57,996 nucleotides of DNA from Candidatus Tagabacteria bacterium CG_4_10_14_0_2_um_filter_40_13 (lineage in GTDB: Bacteria > Patescibacteriota > Minisyncoccia > GCA-002779875). The stretch's first letter is position 1. Each line of letters starts with the position of its first letter. Under the pieces are notes generated by a model. That model made no database searches. It saw only the letters and a program-made list of their open reading frames with translations, and was not told the origin of the DNA. Of this stretch, positions 38,440 through 47,972 are shown piece by piece. The position numbers and the translations under genes were made by a program. The stretch lies in contig PFNV01000040.1 in NCBI GenBank assembly GCA_002792165.1, positions 1 to 57,996 of the forward strand, written 5' to 3'.

Positions 38440-39528
38440 TTACGCTCCGGGTTTTTTCTTTGTAGCCTTGAGAATGGAGAACTGCTTTTTTTTGGCGACC
38501 TCGTCCCATTTGCCAATTTCCTCCAAAATCTCTTTTATTTTTTTCATATCATAAATAAAACGTTCCTGTAATGTTTTAGTCAGATAACAATTTTCGCCAA
38601 AAACTCTTTCCACATTCTCGTGAGCCATAAATTCATAAATGGATGACTGCAGTTCAGTTAGGCGCTTGCTATTTTTTTGATTTTGGCTTTTCAAATCGAA
38701 ATATTCTTTTATGATCTTTTCTATTTCTTTTTGACCCGGAATTTCTTTTGCCTTACTTTGATACAAATGTTTCCACATCGGGCATCTTGGCCGATAGCCG
38801 CACCAATCGCAAAGAGGGGAGGGATGTGGCGGAAAATCATAATTATTCTCAATGCGTTTTTTAATTTCATTAATAAGTTCAATGACAAAATCTTTCGTTT
38901 TTTCCAAGTCTTCTTTAGAACGGCTGGTGGTTATTTTTTCTCCGTGTTTTAAAAAATATAAACTTAATTTTATATTTTCCGGCTTGATATGCGGCCATCT
39001 GCGGGAAATACCCAAGTGGTAAATTGACATCTGAAGGTCTTTGTCGAGATTTTCCTGCGAGGGCATTCTGCGCGATGTTTTATAGTCGATAATCTCAAAA
39101 ATATCGGTATTTGATATTTTATCAATCCGGTCGATAATGCCGGTTAAAACGTGCTTTTCTTCGTTTTCTTGTTCGGATACTAAAACTTCGAATCTGGATT
39201 CCAATTCGAGTGCGTTGAAATTCCAAGGCTGGTTCAGCCGGTAAAAATTTTTCAGAAGGGAAATACCGTCCTCGCAATAAGCTTTGTCTTCTTCGAAATT
39301 AAGATTAGTGATTTCTTTATTCTGCCAAATCGTTCTAAAGCGATCTATGACCTCGTCTAAAGTAGGGTATAGGGGCGTGCGCTCAAACATAAATTTGAGA
39401 CAATTATGTATCATTGCGCCGAAAACAGCTTCCAAACCTTTTGGAACTCTGATTCTGTCGATTTCCTGAAATTTAAATCTTAGCGGACATTGCTGATAAG
39501 TTGTTAGGGCAGAATAAGAAGTGCGCAT
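38440..39528 (-). CDS. PD-(D/E)XK nuclease, RecB/AddB/Cas4-like
   Basis: SYS.L..Y..CP, GIIDRID, IIDYKT, Q.SIY, CDWCGY...C (four Cys). Confidence 0.88.
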   Translation of the reverse strand: MRTSYSALTTYQQCPLRFKFQEIDRIRVPKGLEAVFGAMIHNCLKFMFERTPLYPTLDEVIDRFRTIWQNKEITNLNFEEDKAYCEDGISLLKNFYRLNQPWNFNALELESRFEVLVSEQENEEKHVLTGIIDRIDKISNTDIFEIIDYKTSRRMPSQENLDKDLQMSIYHLGISRRWPHIKPENIKLSLYFLKHGEKITTSRSKEDLEKTKDFVIELINEIKKRIENNYDFPPHPSPLCDWCGYRPRCPMWKHLYQSKAKEIPGQKEIEKIIKEYFDLKSQNQKNSKRLTELQSSIYEFMAHENVERVFGENCYLTKTLQERFIYDMKKIKEILEEIGKWDEVAKKKQFSILKATKKKPGA

Positions 39529-39612
39529 TTATTAAATTTATCATTATTGACGAGTTTTGTAAAAAATATGATAGTCTTTATATCTTGTGCGACATTTGGT
39601 ATTATTAAAAAT

Positions 39613-39869
39613 ATGACAACAAATAAAACGGTAAGAAAAAACACGATTTCAATTTATGGATCGAAGCGATAGACATTCTCGGAAAATACAAATCAAAAAG
39701 AGGAAAAGTGAATATAATAAAAGGCAAACGAGGATTTACAAAGGTTGAATGGGAAAAAAAGGATTTGCAAAATCTTTCAGAAATTAAAAATAAAATGTCC
39801 ACCTATAAAAGTAAAGCGCCCGTCCCTAAATGGTTTAATGAAGTATCTAAAGTTGGCAGGGAACTATAA
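39613..39869 (+). pseudogene. Remnant resembling the C-terminal part of a LAGLIDADG-type endonuclease
   Basis: ATG 39613 opens a 19-codon frame. A shifted 80-codon frame (39627-39869) reads GKKKHDFNLWIEAIDIL...LSEIKNKM, resembling the K..DF..W helix of LAGLIDADG proteins. No LAGLIDADG motif is left. Confidence 0.5.
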
Positions 39870-39939
39870 ATTCAACAAGATCGCCTAAAATATAGAGGTT
39901 CGCACAATAATGCTTTTGCGACATTCTAACGTTTTGTTT

Positions 39940-40236
39940 TTATTGTGGAAGTTTAGGTTGGCCCTCTATGAAATTTGGCAATTCTCCCCGCTTTAATCTT
40001 TCGGCATTTTCGACAAACGAACGCCACAGAAGATTATAAAAAATATTCCAAACGTATTGCGCGGGAACCGCTAAGTATCTGTTCCAGGTATATTGCGTTG
40101 TTTGCCAAACGAACGAGAGATTCTCCTGGACGGCCTGTTTTTGAAAAACTGCTTTAAGGCTTATGCCAAAAAAGCCCAATACGACGATTGCTATAAACAG
40201 AAGCACAACGAACTTGATAAGACCTTCATTCACCAT
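39940..40236 (-). CDS. Small membrane protein, hypothetical
   Basis: N-terminal TM (VLGFFGISL); TATAAT 6 nt upstream of ATG. Confidence 0.7.
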   Translation of the reverse strand: MVNEGLIKFVVLLFIAIVVLGFFGISLKAVFQKQAVQENLSFVWQTTQYTWNRYLAVPAQYVWNIFYNLLWRSFVENAERLKRGELPNFIEGQPKLPQ

Positions 40237-40270
40237 ACATTTATTATATCAAATTGAACAGATTAAAGCA

Positions 40271-41560
40271 CTAGAGATAAGAAAGCGGGTTTAGATAGCC
40301 GTTATAAGGAGAAATCGGCAATTTCATCGTTGTGCCGCAAATCTTGCTCTTTAAGGCGCCTATACTTACTGCCGGCGTGGCAAAGACGGTAAAATGTAGA
40401 TGCGGGCCCGTAGTATAGCCTGTATCGCCGCTATAACCGATAATCTGGCCTATTTGCACGGTTTCGCCCGGAGAAACTTTAATTAAAGATAAATGGGCAT
40501 ATAAAGTGCTTAGGTTATTATCATGTTTAATAAGGACCCATTTTCCGTAGGAAACGCCATTGCAATAGGCATCTGTATTGCCTGTATCGGTCACAACGCC
40601 TGTTTGAGCGCTTTTGATGGGCGTGCCTACGCTTGCCCTTAAATCTATGCCATTGTGCCCTTTTCCGCCGTAAATTTGAGGGTTTTGGGTGGCAAAAGGC
40701 GTATTGCCGAAATATTGGGTTATTATGGGGATATCAACGGGCCAAAGCAGGACGCCAGAACCGGGTTGAGGCAAAGAATTAGGGTCGATTTCAACACGAA
40801 TTTGCTGTTCAATAACGCTGATTTCGTTTTCCAAAGCCTGCTGTTTTGCCATCCTGTCGGCTAGAAGTTTTTTGTATGTCGACTCCTTGCTTTTAGTTTC
40901 TCTTAAAAGAGTATTTTTTGCGCCTTTCTGCGTTTCAACCAGCGATTTTTGATCACCTAAGCTGGAATGCAGATTTTGCAGTTTCTTTTTTTCGGCCTCT
41001 TTTTTCGCTTCTTGAGTCTGAAGATCATCTTTCAATTCTTTTAATTGTCCGAGGTTAACATTGATGCTGTTTTGAAGATTTTTCGTCCTCTCTATATCGC
41101 CGAAAAAATCGGAAAGACTGTTATTAGCCAGAAGAACTTCAACCAACGACTGCGATTCCGCTTCATTCATGCTCCGAAAAAGTTCGGCCAGTACCCTCTT
41201 GCTGTCCGCGATTTTTTCCTCTTTTGATTTTATTTCCAGATTAAACTCTTCAATCACCAAATTTGCCTGGGAAATTTTCTTTTCGGTTAATTTAATATCC
41301 GCCCGTAGCTTTTTAACGGTTGCGCTTAACTGCGCTATCTGATTATTTAAACTTTTTTTATCCTGCCCGGTTTTATCGAGTTGTTTTTGCAATTCTTCTA
41401 TTTCTTTTTGAATTGCGGCGATCTGATTATTATTATCATTAATTTTTGCCCGCAACTCATCTATACCCGCGGCAAAAACGCAAACGGGCCGAGCCGTTAA
41501 AGCGGATATAATTATCAGCGCGACCAAAAACCCTAAAATTTTTAAATTGACACCTCTCAT
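40271..41560 (-). CDS. Coiled-coil M23 peptidase (EnvC/MepM-like)
   Basis: Signal peptide, long coiled coil, HNGIDL, YAHL, GPHLHF motifs. Confidence 0.92.
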   Translation of the reverse strand: MRGVNLKILGFLVALIIISALTARPVCVFAAGIDELRAKINDNNNQIAAIQKEIEELQKQLDKTGQDKKSLNNQIAQLSATVKKLRADIKLTEKKISQANLVIEEFNLEIKSKEEKIADSKRVLAELFRSMNEAESQSLVEVLLANNSLSDFFGDIERTKNLQNSINVNLGQLKELKDDLQTQEAKKEAEKKKLQNLHSSLGDQKSLVETQKGAKNTLLRETKSKESTYKKLLADRMAKQQALENEISVIEQQIRVEIDPNSLPQPGSGVLLWPVDIPIITQYFGNTPFATQNPQIYGGKGHNGIDLRASVGTPIKSAQTGVVTDTGNTDAYCNGVSYGKWVLIKHDNNLSTLYAHLSLIKVSPGETVQIGQIIGYSGDTGYTTGPHLHFTVFATPAVSIGALKSKICGTTMKLPISPYNGYLNPLSYL

Positions 41561-41576
41561 ATCAGCTTTATTTTAT

Positions 41577-43040
41577 TTATTTGAGCAGTTCTATCGCGTC
41601 CGCTAATCGTTTCAATGTTGTTTCTTTTCCCAGAATTTCCGCTATTTCAAACGGATCCGGAGATTTGCATTGGCCGGTTAAAGCAACCCTGAAAGGCCAC
41701 AAGACATTCCCCCGCCCCATTTTTTCGGCATAAGGCCAAATAATGTCCTTTATTTTTTCTTTTACAAAATCCTTTGGTTTTATATTCTGTACTAAACTAT
41801 TTATCTTGTCAAGATATGTTTTGGTATCAGGAGATTCTTTTTCTTCCCAAAAAAGCATTGATTTCGGAAATTTCGGTTCCGAGAAAAAATAATGCGTCCT
41901 CTCCCCTATTTCGGAGAGCTTTTTCATCCTAGTTTGTTCCAAGGCCACAACTTTTTCTATATAATCATTTTTAAATTTATTTTCGGAAATATCCAAAAAT
42001 CCTTCACGCAAAATAATTTCCATGATTTCCTTTGCTGATTTCCTGCGGATATATATACCGTTTAGCCAATTCAAACGCTCGATATTAAAAATAGCGCCTC
42101 CTTTTTGTACGCGTTTCAGATCGAATTTTTTGACAAGTTCGTCCAGTGAAAAAATTTCCTGTTCCGTACCGGGATTCCAGCCGAGCAAAGCTATAAAATT
42201 GATTATCGCTTCCGGCAAATAACCTGCTTTGCGATATTCATCCACTGAAACAACATTATGCCTTTTTGAAAGTTTCGAACGATCCGGACCGAGAACAAGG
42301 GGAAGGTGCGCGTATTGGGGCTGGGAGAACCCGAAAATTTCCTGAAGCAATATTTGTTTCGGCGTATTCGAAATATGGTCTTCGCCTCTGATGACGTGGG
42401 ATATTTGCATTAAATAATCGTCAATAACAACCGCAAGATTATAAAGCGGCGTTTCTTCGTCTTTCGCAATCGCGATATCTCCCAGAAGAAAAGTATCAAA
42501 TTTTATTTTTCCGCGGATCAAATCTTCAAATTCGACTATTTTTTGAGGCGTATCCAGCCTGATTATCCCCTGCCTACCGGCAGGCAGGCCTGCTTTGCTG
42601 GCAGTACTCTTTAATTTTTTTGTTTTATATTCGCAAACATGCCTTGGAGCCTCTTTATTCGCCATTTGCCTTTGTTTTTCTTCGGTTAATTCTTCTTTTG
42701 TATGAGGACACCAAAATGCCTTTCCTTCTTCTAAAAGCTTTTGTATGTATTTTTTGTAAATTTCCAACCTTTCAGATTGCCTGTAAGGCCCTTCTGTCCA
42801 TTTAATTCCCAGCCATTCCAAACCATCTGTTATGTTTTTTTCGAATCTCTTATCCGAACGTTCTATGTCGGTGTCCTCGATGCGCAAAACAAAATCTCCC
42901 TTATTGTGCTTGGCGAAAAGATAATTAAAAAGAGCGGCGCGAGCCGTGCCAATATGCAAAGGGCCAGTCGGACTTGGCGCAATGCGAGTCCTGATACAAA
43001 TATTTTCTTTTTTTGATTGTTTTTTGGCGGATGTTTTCAT
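41577..43040 (-). CDS. gltX: Glutamate-tRNA ligase
   Basis: APSPTG.LHIG, LRIEDTD, RGEDH, KLSKR motifs. Confidence 0.97.
   Translation of the reverse strand: MKTSAKKQSKKENICIRTRIAPSPTGPLHIGTARAALFNYLFAKHNKGDFVLRIEDTDIERSDKRFEKNITDGLEWLGIKWTEGPYRQSERLEIYKKYIQKLLEEGKAFWCPHTKEELTEEKQRQMANKEAPRHVCEYKTKKLKSTASKAGLPAGRQGIIRLDTPQKIVEFEDLIRGKIKFDTFLLGDIAIAKDEETPLYNLAVVIDDYLMQISHVIRGEDHISNTPKQILLQEIFGFSQPQYAHLPLVLGPDRSKLSKRHNVVSVDEYRKAGYLPEAIINFIALLGWNPGTEQEIFSLDELVKKFDLKRVQKGGAIFNIERLNWLNGIYIRRKSAKEIMEIILREGFLDISENKFKNDYIEKVVALEQTRMKKLSEIGERTHYFFSEPKFPKSMLFWEEKESPDTKTYLDKINSLVQNIKPKDFVKEKIKDIIWPYAEKMGRGNVLWPFRVALTGQCKSPDPFEIAEILGKETTLKRLADAIELLK
42569..42605. repeat. GC-rich palindrome in-frame within gltX
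   Basis: CCTGCCTACCGGCAGGCAGG followed by CCTGCTTTGCTGGCAGT; encodes TASKAGLPAGRQG. Confidence 0.8.
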
Positions 43041-43041
43041 T

Positions 43042-44172
43042 CTATGATGAATGTTCCAAAGCCAGGCTTAAAAGTTCACGGGCGATTTTACGGGCAGCTT
43101 TTGGCTGAGCGAAATTCTTAGCTGCTTCTTTCATTGATTCCCTTCTTTTTTTGTCTTCCAGTAATCTTTTGATTTCGGACAATAAAATATTGGGCGTTAG
43201 ATTGCTTTCTTCAATCACTTCCGCCGCGCCTGCCCTCGCATAACTATAGGCATTTTCTCTCTGATGATCCTGCGCTGAATTTGTGATAGGGATAATGATG
43301 CTCGGAATGCCCCAGGCGGCAATTTCAAAAATGGAACTCGCTCCGGCTCGGGAAACAATCACGCTGGCAACGCTGGAAACATTGCGTAACATATTTTCGT
43401 CAAGATAATTTAAAACATGATAGCGAAATTTAAAAGAAGATTTTTCGAGAGCGACGGATAACCGACCATTGACTTCTTCAATATTATTTTTACCGCATTG
43501 ATGAATGACATTGGCGAATTTTACAATTTCAGGAGCTATATCAATAATATTATCATTAATATTTTTTGAGCCCTGGGAACCGCCATAAATAAATATAACC
43601 GGTATATCTTTTTCAAGCTGAAAAATTTCTTTCGCTTCTTCTTGCGTTGATCCTAACACTCCTCGTCTTATGGGATTTCCTGTAAGCGCTGTTTTTGCGG
43701 CTGGGAAATATTTTACGCTTTCCGGAAAAGAAATCGCGATTCTTTTGGCAAATTTGGCGGCCCATTGGTTGACACGCCCGGGCACCACATCCGATTCGTG
43801 TATTATAACGGGAATCCCCAAAATACGGGCCGCAAACATGGCAGGAAAACTTGCGTAGCCGCCTTTACCGAAAACAACATCGGGAAAATCATGATACATA
43901 ATCCAAAATGCCCGCCAAAGACCGCCTATTGTTTTAAAAATATCCGTTACATTAAGCAACGAAAAATAACGACGCATTTTACCGGTTCCAACTTTTATGA
44001 AACGCACATCTTGTTTTATTAAAAGGTCGTTATCATAAGGGGAATCAGACATAAAGATAAATTCAATTCCTACCAGCCTTTCTTCTTCTATTAAGACGCG
44101 CAAGGCTTCGATGATAGAAATTATGGGCGCGAAATGGCCGCCCGTTCCTCCTCCTGTAAATAAAATCTTCAT
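43042..44172 (-). CDS. murG: Lipid I N-acetylglucosaminyltransferase MurG
   Basis: GGGTGGH, GGY, HESD, TGNPIR, GGSQG, RAGA, HQ..NA motifs. Confidence 0.96.
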   Translation of the reverse strand: MKILFTGGGTGGHFAPIISIIEALRVLIEEERLVGIEFIFMSDSPYDNDLLIKQDVRFIKVGTGKMRRYFSLLNVTDIFKTIGGLWRAFWIMYHDFPDVVFGKGGYASFPAMFAARILGIPVIIHESDVVPGRVNQWAAKFAKRIAISFPESVKYFPAAKTALTGNPIRRGVLGSTQEEAKEIFQLEKDIPVIFIYGGSQGSKNINDNIIDIAPEIVKFANVIHQCGKNNIEEVNGRLSVALEKSSFKFRYHVLNYLDENMLRNVSSVASVIVSRAGASSIFEIAAWGIPSIIIPITNSAQDHQRENAYSYARAGAAEVIEESNLTPNILLSEIKRLLEDKKRRESMKEAAKNFAQPKAARKIARELLSLALEHSS

Positions 44173-44183
44173 ATTTATTTAAA

Positions 44184-45284
44184 TTATTTGATTTGCTGGT
44201 ATTTTGATATATTTAATAATACTCCCACTTCCGCCAAAGTTAGAGCAAGCGCAGAACCGCCTTGGCTGATAAAAAGAAGCGGTAAGCCCGTAAGCGGAAA
44301 AACACCGGTCATAGCAGCCATATTCATAAACGATTGAGATATAATCAGTATAGCAATTCCCGAGCCTAAAAGTCTACCAAAATTATCAGGCGCCCTGGAA
44401 GCTACAAGCAGCCCTCTGTATAAAAACAGCAAAAATAGACCGATAAGCCCCGATGTTCCCAAAAAACCGAATTCTTCGCCTATAACCGCAAAGATTGAAT
44501 CTCCCGTCGGTTCGGGCAGATAATTAAATTTTTGGATGCTCATTCCGAAACCTTTTCCGAAAAGTCCGCCCGAACCGAAAGCGATAAGGGATTGATTCAG
44601 CTGATAACTGATGCCTTGAGGATCATGCTCCGGATTTAAAAAAACAGTGATACGGTTTTTAAGATATGAGTTTGGATATAATAAAACAACGGCAACCAAT
44701 AATATCGCCCCTATGAAAGCTATAGCCGCAATTTGTTTGAATCTTCCGCCGGCAATATAAAAGAGAGAAAGCGAAGTAAAAGCTATTACTAAAAGCGTGC
44801 TAATATTCGGTTCCATAACCAAAAGGACGCCGACAAAAGCAATCATTATCAGAAACGGAAAAAGTCCGAATTTAAAAGAGGAAACTTCTTCTTTGCGGGA
44901 AGCCAGCCACGCCGAAAAATAAATGAGAAATCCGAATTTTAAAAATTCCGAAGGCTGTAAAGTTAAAATTCCCAAGCTGATCCAGCGCCTCGCTCCTCCG
45001 TGCTCAATACCGATAGGAAAGAATACCAGAATGGTCAAGAAAAAAGTAAGCAAAAAAAGAGGAAGGGAAATTTTTTTCCAGAACTGATACGGAATACGGC
45101 TGGCAATAAAAAGAAGCGTTCCCCCGCCGACTAATCCAATAATAATTTGGCGCAGAAGAGCGTTCCAAAAAGTTTCGGCTTTTTGCGCAGTCGGTCCCAA
45201 AAATGCCGAAGCAAGCATAAAAAAACCGAATAAAACCAAAATACCCGCAATTACCAGAAGAACTCTGTCAAAATGACCCTTCAT
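44184..45284 (-). CDS. ftsW: SEDS peptidoglycan glycosyltransferase FtsW
   Basis: GARRWI, QPSEFLK, LPEP.GDSIFAVIGEEFG, TGLPL.FISQGGS motifs. Confidence 0.93.
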   Translation of the reverse strand: MKGHFDRVLLVIAGILVLFGFFMLASAFLGPTAQKAETFWNALLRQIIIGLVGGGTLLFIASRIPYQFWKKISLPLFLLTFFLTILVFFPIGIEHGGARRWISLGILTLQPSEFLKFGFLIYFSAWLASRKEEVSSFKFGLFPFLIMIAFVGVLLVMEPNISTLLVIAFTSLSLFYIAGGRFKQIAAIAFIGAILLVAVVLLYPNSYLKNRITVFLNPEHDPQGISYQLNQSLIAFGSGGLFGKGFGMSIQKFNYLPEPTGDSIFAVIGEEFGFLGTSGLIGLFLLFLYRGLLVASRAPDNFGRLLGSGIAILIISQSFMNMAAMTGVFPLTGLPLLFISQGGSALALTLAEVGVLLNISKYQQIK

Positions 45285-45328
45285 AAATATTTGCAAAATA
45301 CGGTATTTAACGCCGCATTATAATTGCG

Positions 45329-46909
45329 CTAAACATGATGGCGCAGCGCGCGCCCATACCCCGCACCCGTCAAAGAATTTTCTTTTAACGCGATGTTTCC
45401 ATTTACTAAAACATAATCTATTCCCGTCGAAAATTGGTAAGGGTCGACGTAATTTGCTTTGTCGGCGATATTTTTCGGGTCAAAAATTACGATATCCGCA
45501 TAAGCGCCGGGCGCAATAATGCCGCGGTCGGAAAGACCCGTAATTTTAGCCGGCAAACCGGTCATTTTATAAATAGCTTCTTCCCATTTCAAAATCTCTT
45601 TATTTCTAACGAGCGTGGAAAAAACGCGGGGAAATGCGCCAAAAGAACGAGGATGCGGTAAATCTATTTTTGAACGATAATTTATGTCATATCCTACCCC
45701 ATCCGAAGAAACCATGCTGTATTTTTTTCCCGCTAAAAGCTCGATATTATCTTCGGAAATTGCTTCATTGAAAATAGAAACCTGAAGCTTGTTTACTTGC
45801 AACAAATTCAAAATAATTTCTTCGGGCGAAAGTTCCGCCCGCTTGCTTAATTCCGCAATGCTTTTGCCCATTCCGTCCAAATCGCGAAGCGTCGAAGCGA
45901 TAGTAATTTTATCGTAATGCAAAGTGAGTTCTTTGAGCGAATCCAAAAGATATTGTCGTTCCTTTCCGGTAATAAAATCCAAGATACGTTTTTTCCCCGA
46001 TTCCCTCGCCCACTTAGGCAAAAGAGAATATAAATTTGAACCCGTCCTATTATAAGGGAAGAAATCGCAGGTAAATTCCATTTTTTGTCTTTGGGCTTCC
46101 TCTATCATTTCCAGCGCTTGAGGAAATTGTTCCCATGCCATTTTTCCGATCGCCTTAAAATGAGCAATATGGGAATGAACGTCGGAAGCTCTGGTAAGAG
46201 TTATCAATCGGGCAATCGCAGGAAGAATATTTTTCCCTTCGTCTTCCAAATGATGACTGACGAGTACGTTAAAATGTTTTGCGACTTTCATGATTTCGAT
46301 AATTTCTTCATTGGTTGCCGAATTTTCGTGGGCCGTTCCCAGATTTGTTGAAATACCAAAAGCGCCATCTTGGATAGCGCTTTCCGCCAAAAACCGCAGT
46401 TGAGATATTTCATTCGGCTGGGCAGACCTGGTTTGATCGCCCAAAACACCGCGGCGGAGCGTGCCATAGCCTACAAAAGTACCGAAATTTACGCCAATTT
46501 TATGCTGGTCCAACTCGGAGAGAAATTCGGCCATACTTTGCCAATTAATATTGATTTTCGATATATCCACCCATTTTTGTATCGCTTCTATATTTTCCGC
46601 CTTCACTAAAGGAGCGAGAGAAGAACCTCCGTGTCCGCCAAAAATAGTCGTAACTCCCTGACGGATAAAACTCTCCTGTGCCAATTGAGAGAAAAGAGTC
46701 CAATGCGTATCGGAATGCGTCGTAAGGTCAACAAAACCAGGTGCGACAAATCTGTTTGCGGCGTCAATGATAATCGGAGCAGTATCATTTTTAAAATTAT
46801 CTATCTTTTTTATTTTGTCTTCGATAATGCCAATATCCGCTCGCTTTGGAGAACCGCCGGTTCCATCAAAAATAATTCCGTTTTTTATAATAGTCGAATA
46901 AGAAGCCAT
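45329..46909 (-). CDS. N-acyl-D-amino-acid deacylase-like amidohydrolase
   Basis: IIKNG.I.DGTG, APGFVDLTTHSD, QGVTT, SSDG, PHPRSFGAFPR, KMT.LPA, ADIVIFD motifs. Confidence 0.85.
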   Translation of the reverse strand: MASYSTIIKNGIIFDGTGGSPKRADIGIIEDKIKKIDNFKNDTAPIIIDAANRFVAPGFVDLTTHSDTHWTLFSQLAQESFIRQGVTTIFGGHGGSSLAPLVKAENIEAIQKWVDISKININWQSMAEFLSELDQHKIGVNFGTFVGYGTLRRGVLGDQTRSAQPNEISQLRFLAESAIQDGAFGISTNLGTAHENSATNEEIIEIMKVAKHFNVLVSHHLEDEGKNILPAIARLITLTRASDVHSHIAHFKAIGKMAWEQFPQALEMIEEAQRQKMEFTCDFFPYNRTGSNLYSLLPKWARESGKKRILDFITGKERQYLLDSLKELTLHYDKITIASTLRDLDGMGKSIAELSKRAELSPEEIILNLLQVNKLQVSIFNEAISEDNIELLAGKKYSMVSSDGVGYDINYRSKIDLPHPRSFGAFPRVFSTLVRNKEILKWEEAIYKMTGLPAKITGLSDRGIIAPGAYADIVIFDPKNIADKANYVDPYQFSTGIDYVLVNGNIALKENSLTGAGYGRALRHHV

Positions 46910-46913
46910 ATTG

Positions 46914-47969
46914 TTATTTTCCTAGTAATGCTATCACCATGCCTATTATAGCAAAAATAACCGAGATAACCCAAAAACGCATGGTAACCTTGTATGCGGG
47001 CCATCCTTTAGCCTCAAAATGGTGATGAATCGGTGAAACCAAAAAGATTTTCCGCCGCAAAAATTTTTTTGAAAGCAATTGAATGATTATTGAAAAAGAT
47101 GTAATAACAAGCGGAAAAGCAATAATAGGTAAAATGAGAACTGTATTAGTAAGAAACGCGACGACGGTAAGAGTAGTGGTAAGGCCGAACATGCCCGTTT
47201 CTCCCATATAAAATCTTGCGGGAGGAATATTAAACCAGAGAAATGCCAAAATAGTTCCCGCTATTGCGGCGCAAAAGGTCGCTATATCTATCTGGTTTTG
47301 GGAAAAAGCTATGCCGCTGTAAGCGGAAAAAATTGCGGCCATTACTCCTCCGGCAAGGCCGTCCAAGCCATCAATGGCGCTTCCGGAAAAAGTCGCGAGC
47401 ATCGTTAGAATAAAAAACGGGATAAATAAAAGACCAAGATGGAAATCGCCGAGAAAAGGGATAAAGATATCGGTTTTTTCCAATTTAAAATAAAACCAGA
47501 GAGCGCCGACGGACGCGATAAGAATAATGAGTAAAAGTCGCCGGGAAAAACGGACGCCGCCGGCCACATACTTCCCTTTTCCGAAAACTTGAAAAATATC
47601 ATCCGCCAAACCAACCAGCGACGCGGCAATAAGCGTAAAAAGAGGAAGCCATGTTTGCGAACGGCTCAAAAAATTAAGTTTTTTGAAAAGCGGAGTTGGA
47701 AAAAATATGCTTAAAAACCACAAAATAAAAATCAGGCATAAAGGAATAATCCAAATCAAAATACCGCCCATGCGTGGAACTTTTGTCTCGCGTTCTCTAT
47801 GTAATGATGCGAATATCGGCGTGGCCGAGCCATCGGGCGCAACGGTTCTTACATCTTTTCTCCAAACTTTGTATTTATATAAAAAATGGGTCAAAAGAGG
47901 CGTAAGTAAAATACCGATAAAAAATGAAATAACCGCTAAACCGAATATTTTTAAAACATTTAATACCAT
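46914..47969 (-). CDS. mraY: Phospho-N-acetylmuramoyl-pentapeptide transferase
   Basis: P.MGG, DD, DGLDGL, FN..PAR.YMG, PIHHHFE..GW motifs. Confidence 0.95.
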   Translation of the reverse strand: MVLNVLKIFGLAVISFFIGILLTPLLTHFLYKYKVWRKDVRTVAPDGSATPIFASLHRERETKVPRMGGILIWIIPLCLIFILWFLSIFFPTPLFKKLNFLSRSQTWLPLFTLIAASLVGLADDIFQVFGKGKYVAGGVRFSRRLLLIILIASVGALWFYFKLEKTDIFIPFLGDFHLGLLFIPFFILTMLATFSGSAIDGLDGLAGGVMAAIFSAYSGIAFSQNQIDIATFCAAIAGTILAFLWFNIPPARFYMGETGMFGLTTTLTVVAFLTNTVLILPIIAFPLVITSFSIIIQLLSKKFLRRKIFLVSPIHHHFEAKGWPAYKVTMRFWVISVIFAIIGMVIALLGK

Positions 47970-47972
47970 AAA

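Noticed and set aside
7577..39528. CRISPR-Cas system suggested by two Cas2-like proteins and a Cas4-like nuclease
   Set aside because: No repeat-spacer array, cas1 or effector genes; the genes are dispersed and the palindromes are not regularly spaced.
39585..39925. Group I intron carrying the endonuclease
   Set aside because: No interrupted host gene and no room for a ribozyme core.
239..45296. Longest-ORF starts for PAP2 (239), secD (884), rseP (14882), greA (21277), PaaX-like (31281), recR (33197), cysS (35991), 38026 and ftsW (45296)
   Set aside because: The extensions overlap upstream genes, promoters or hairpins; downstream ATGs better match family N-termini.
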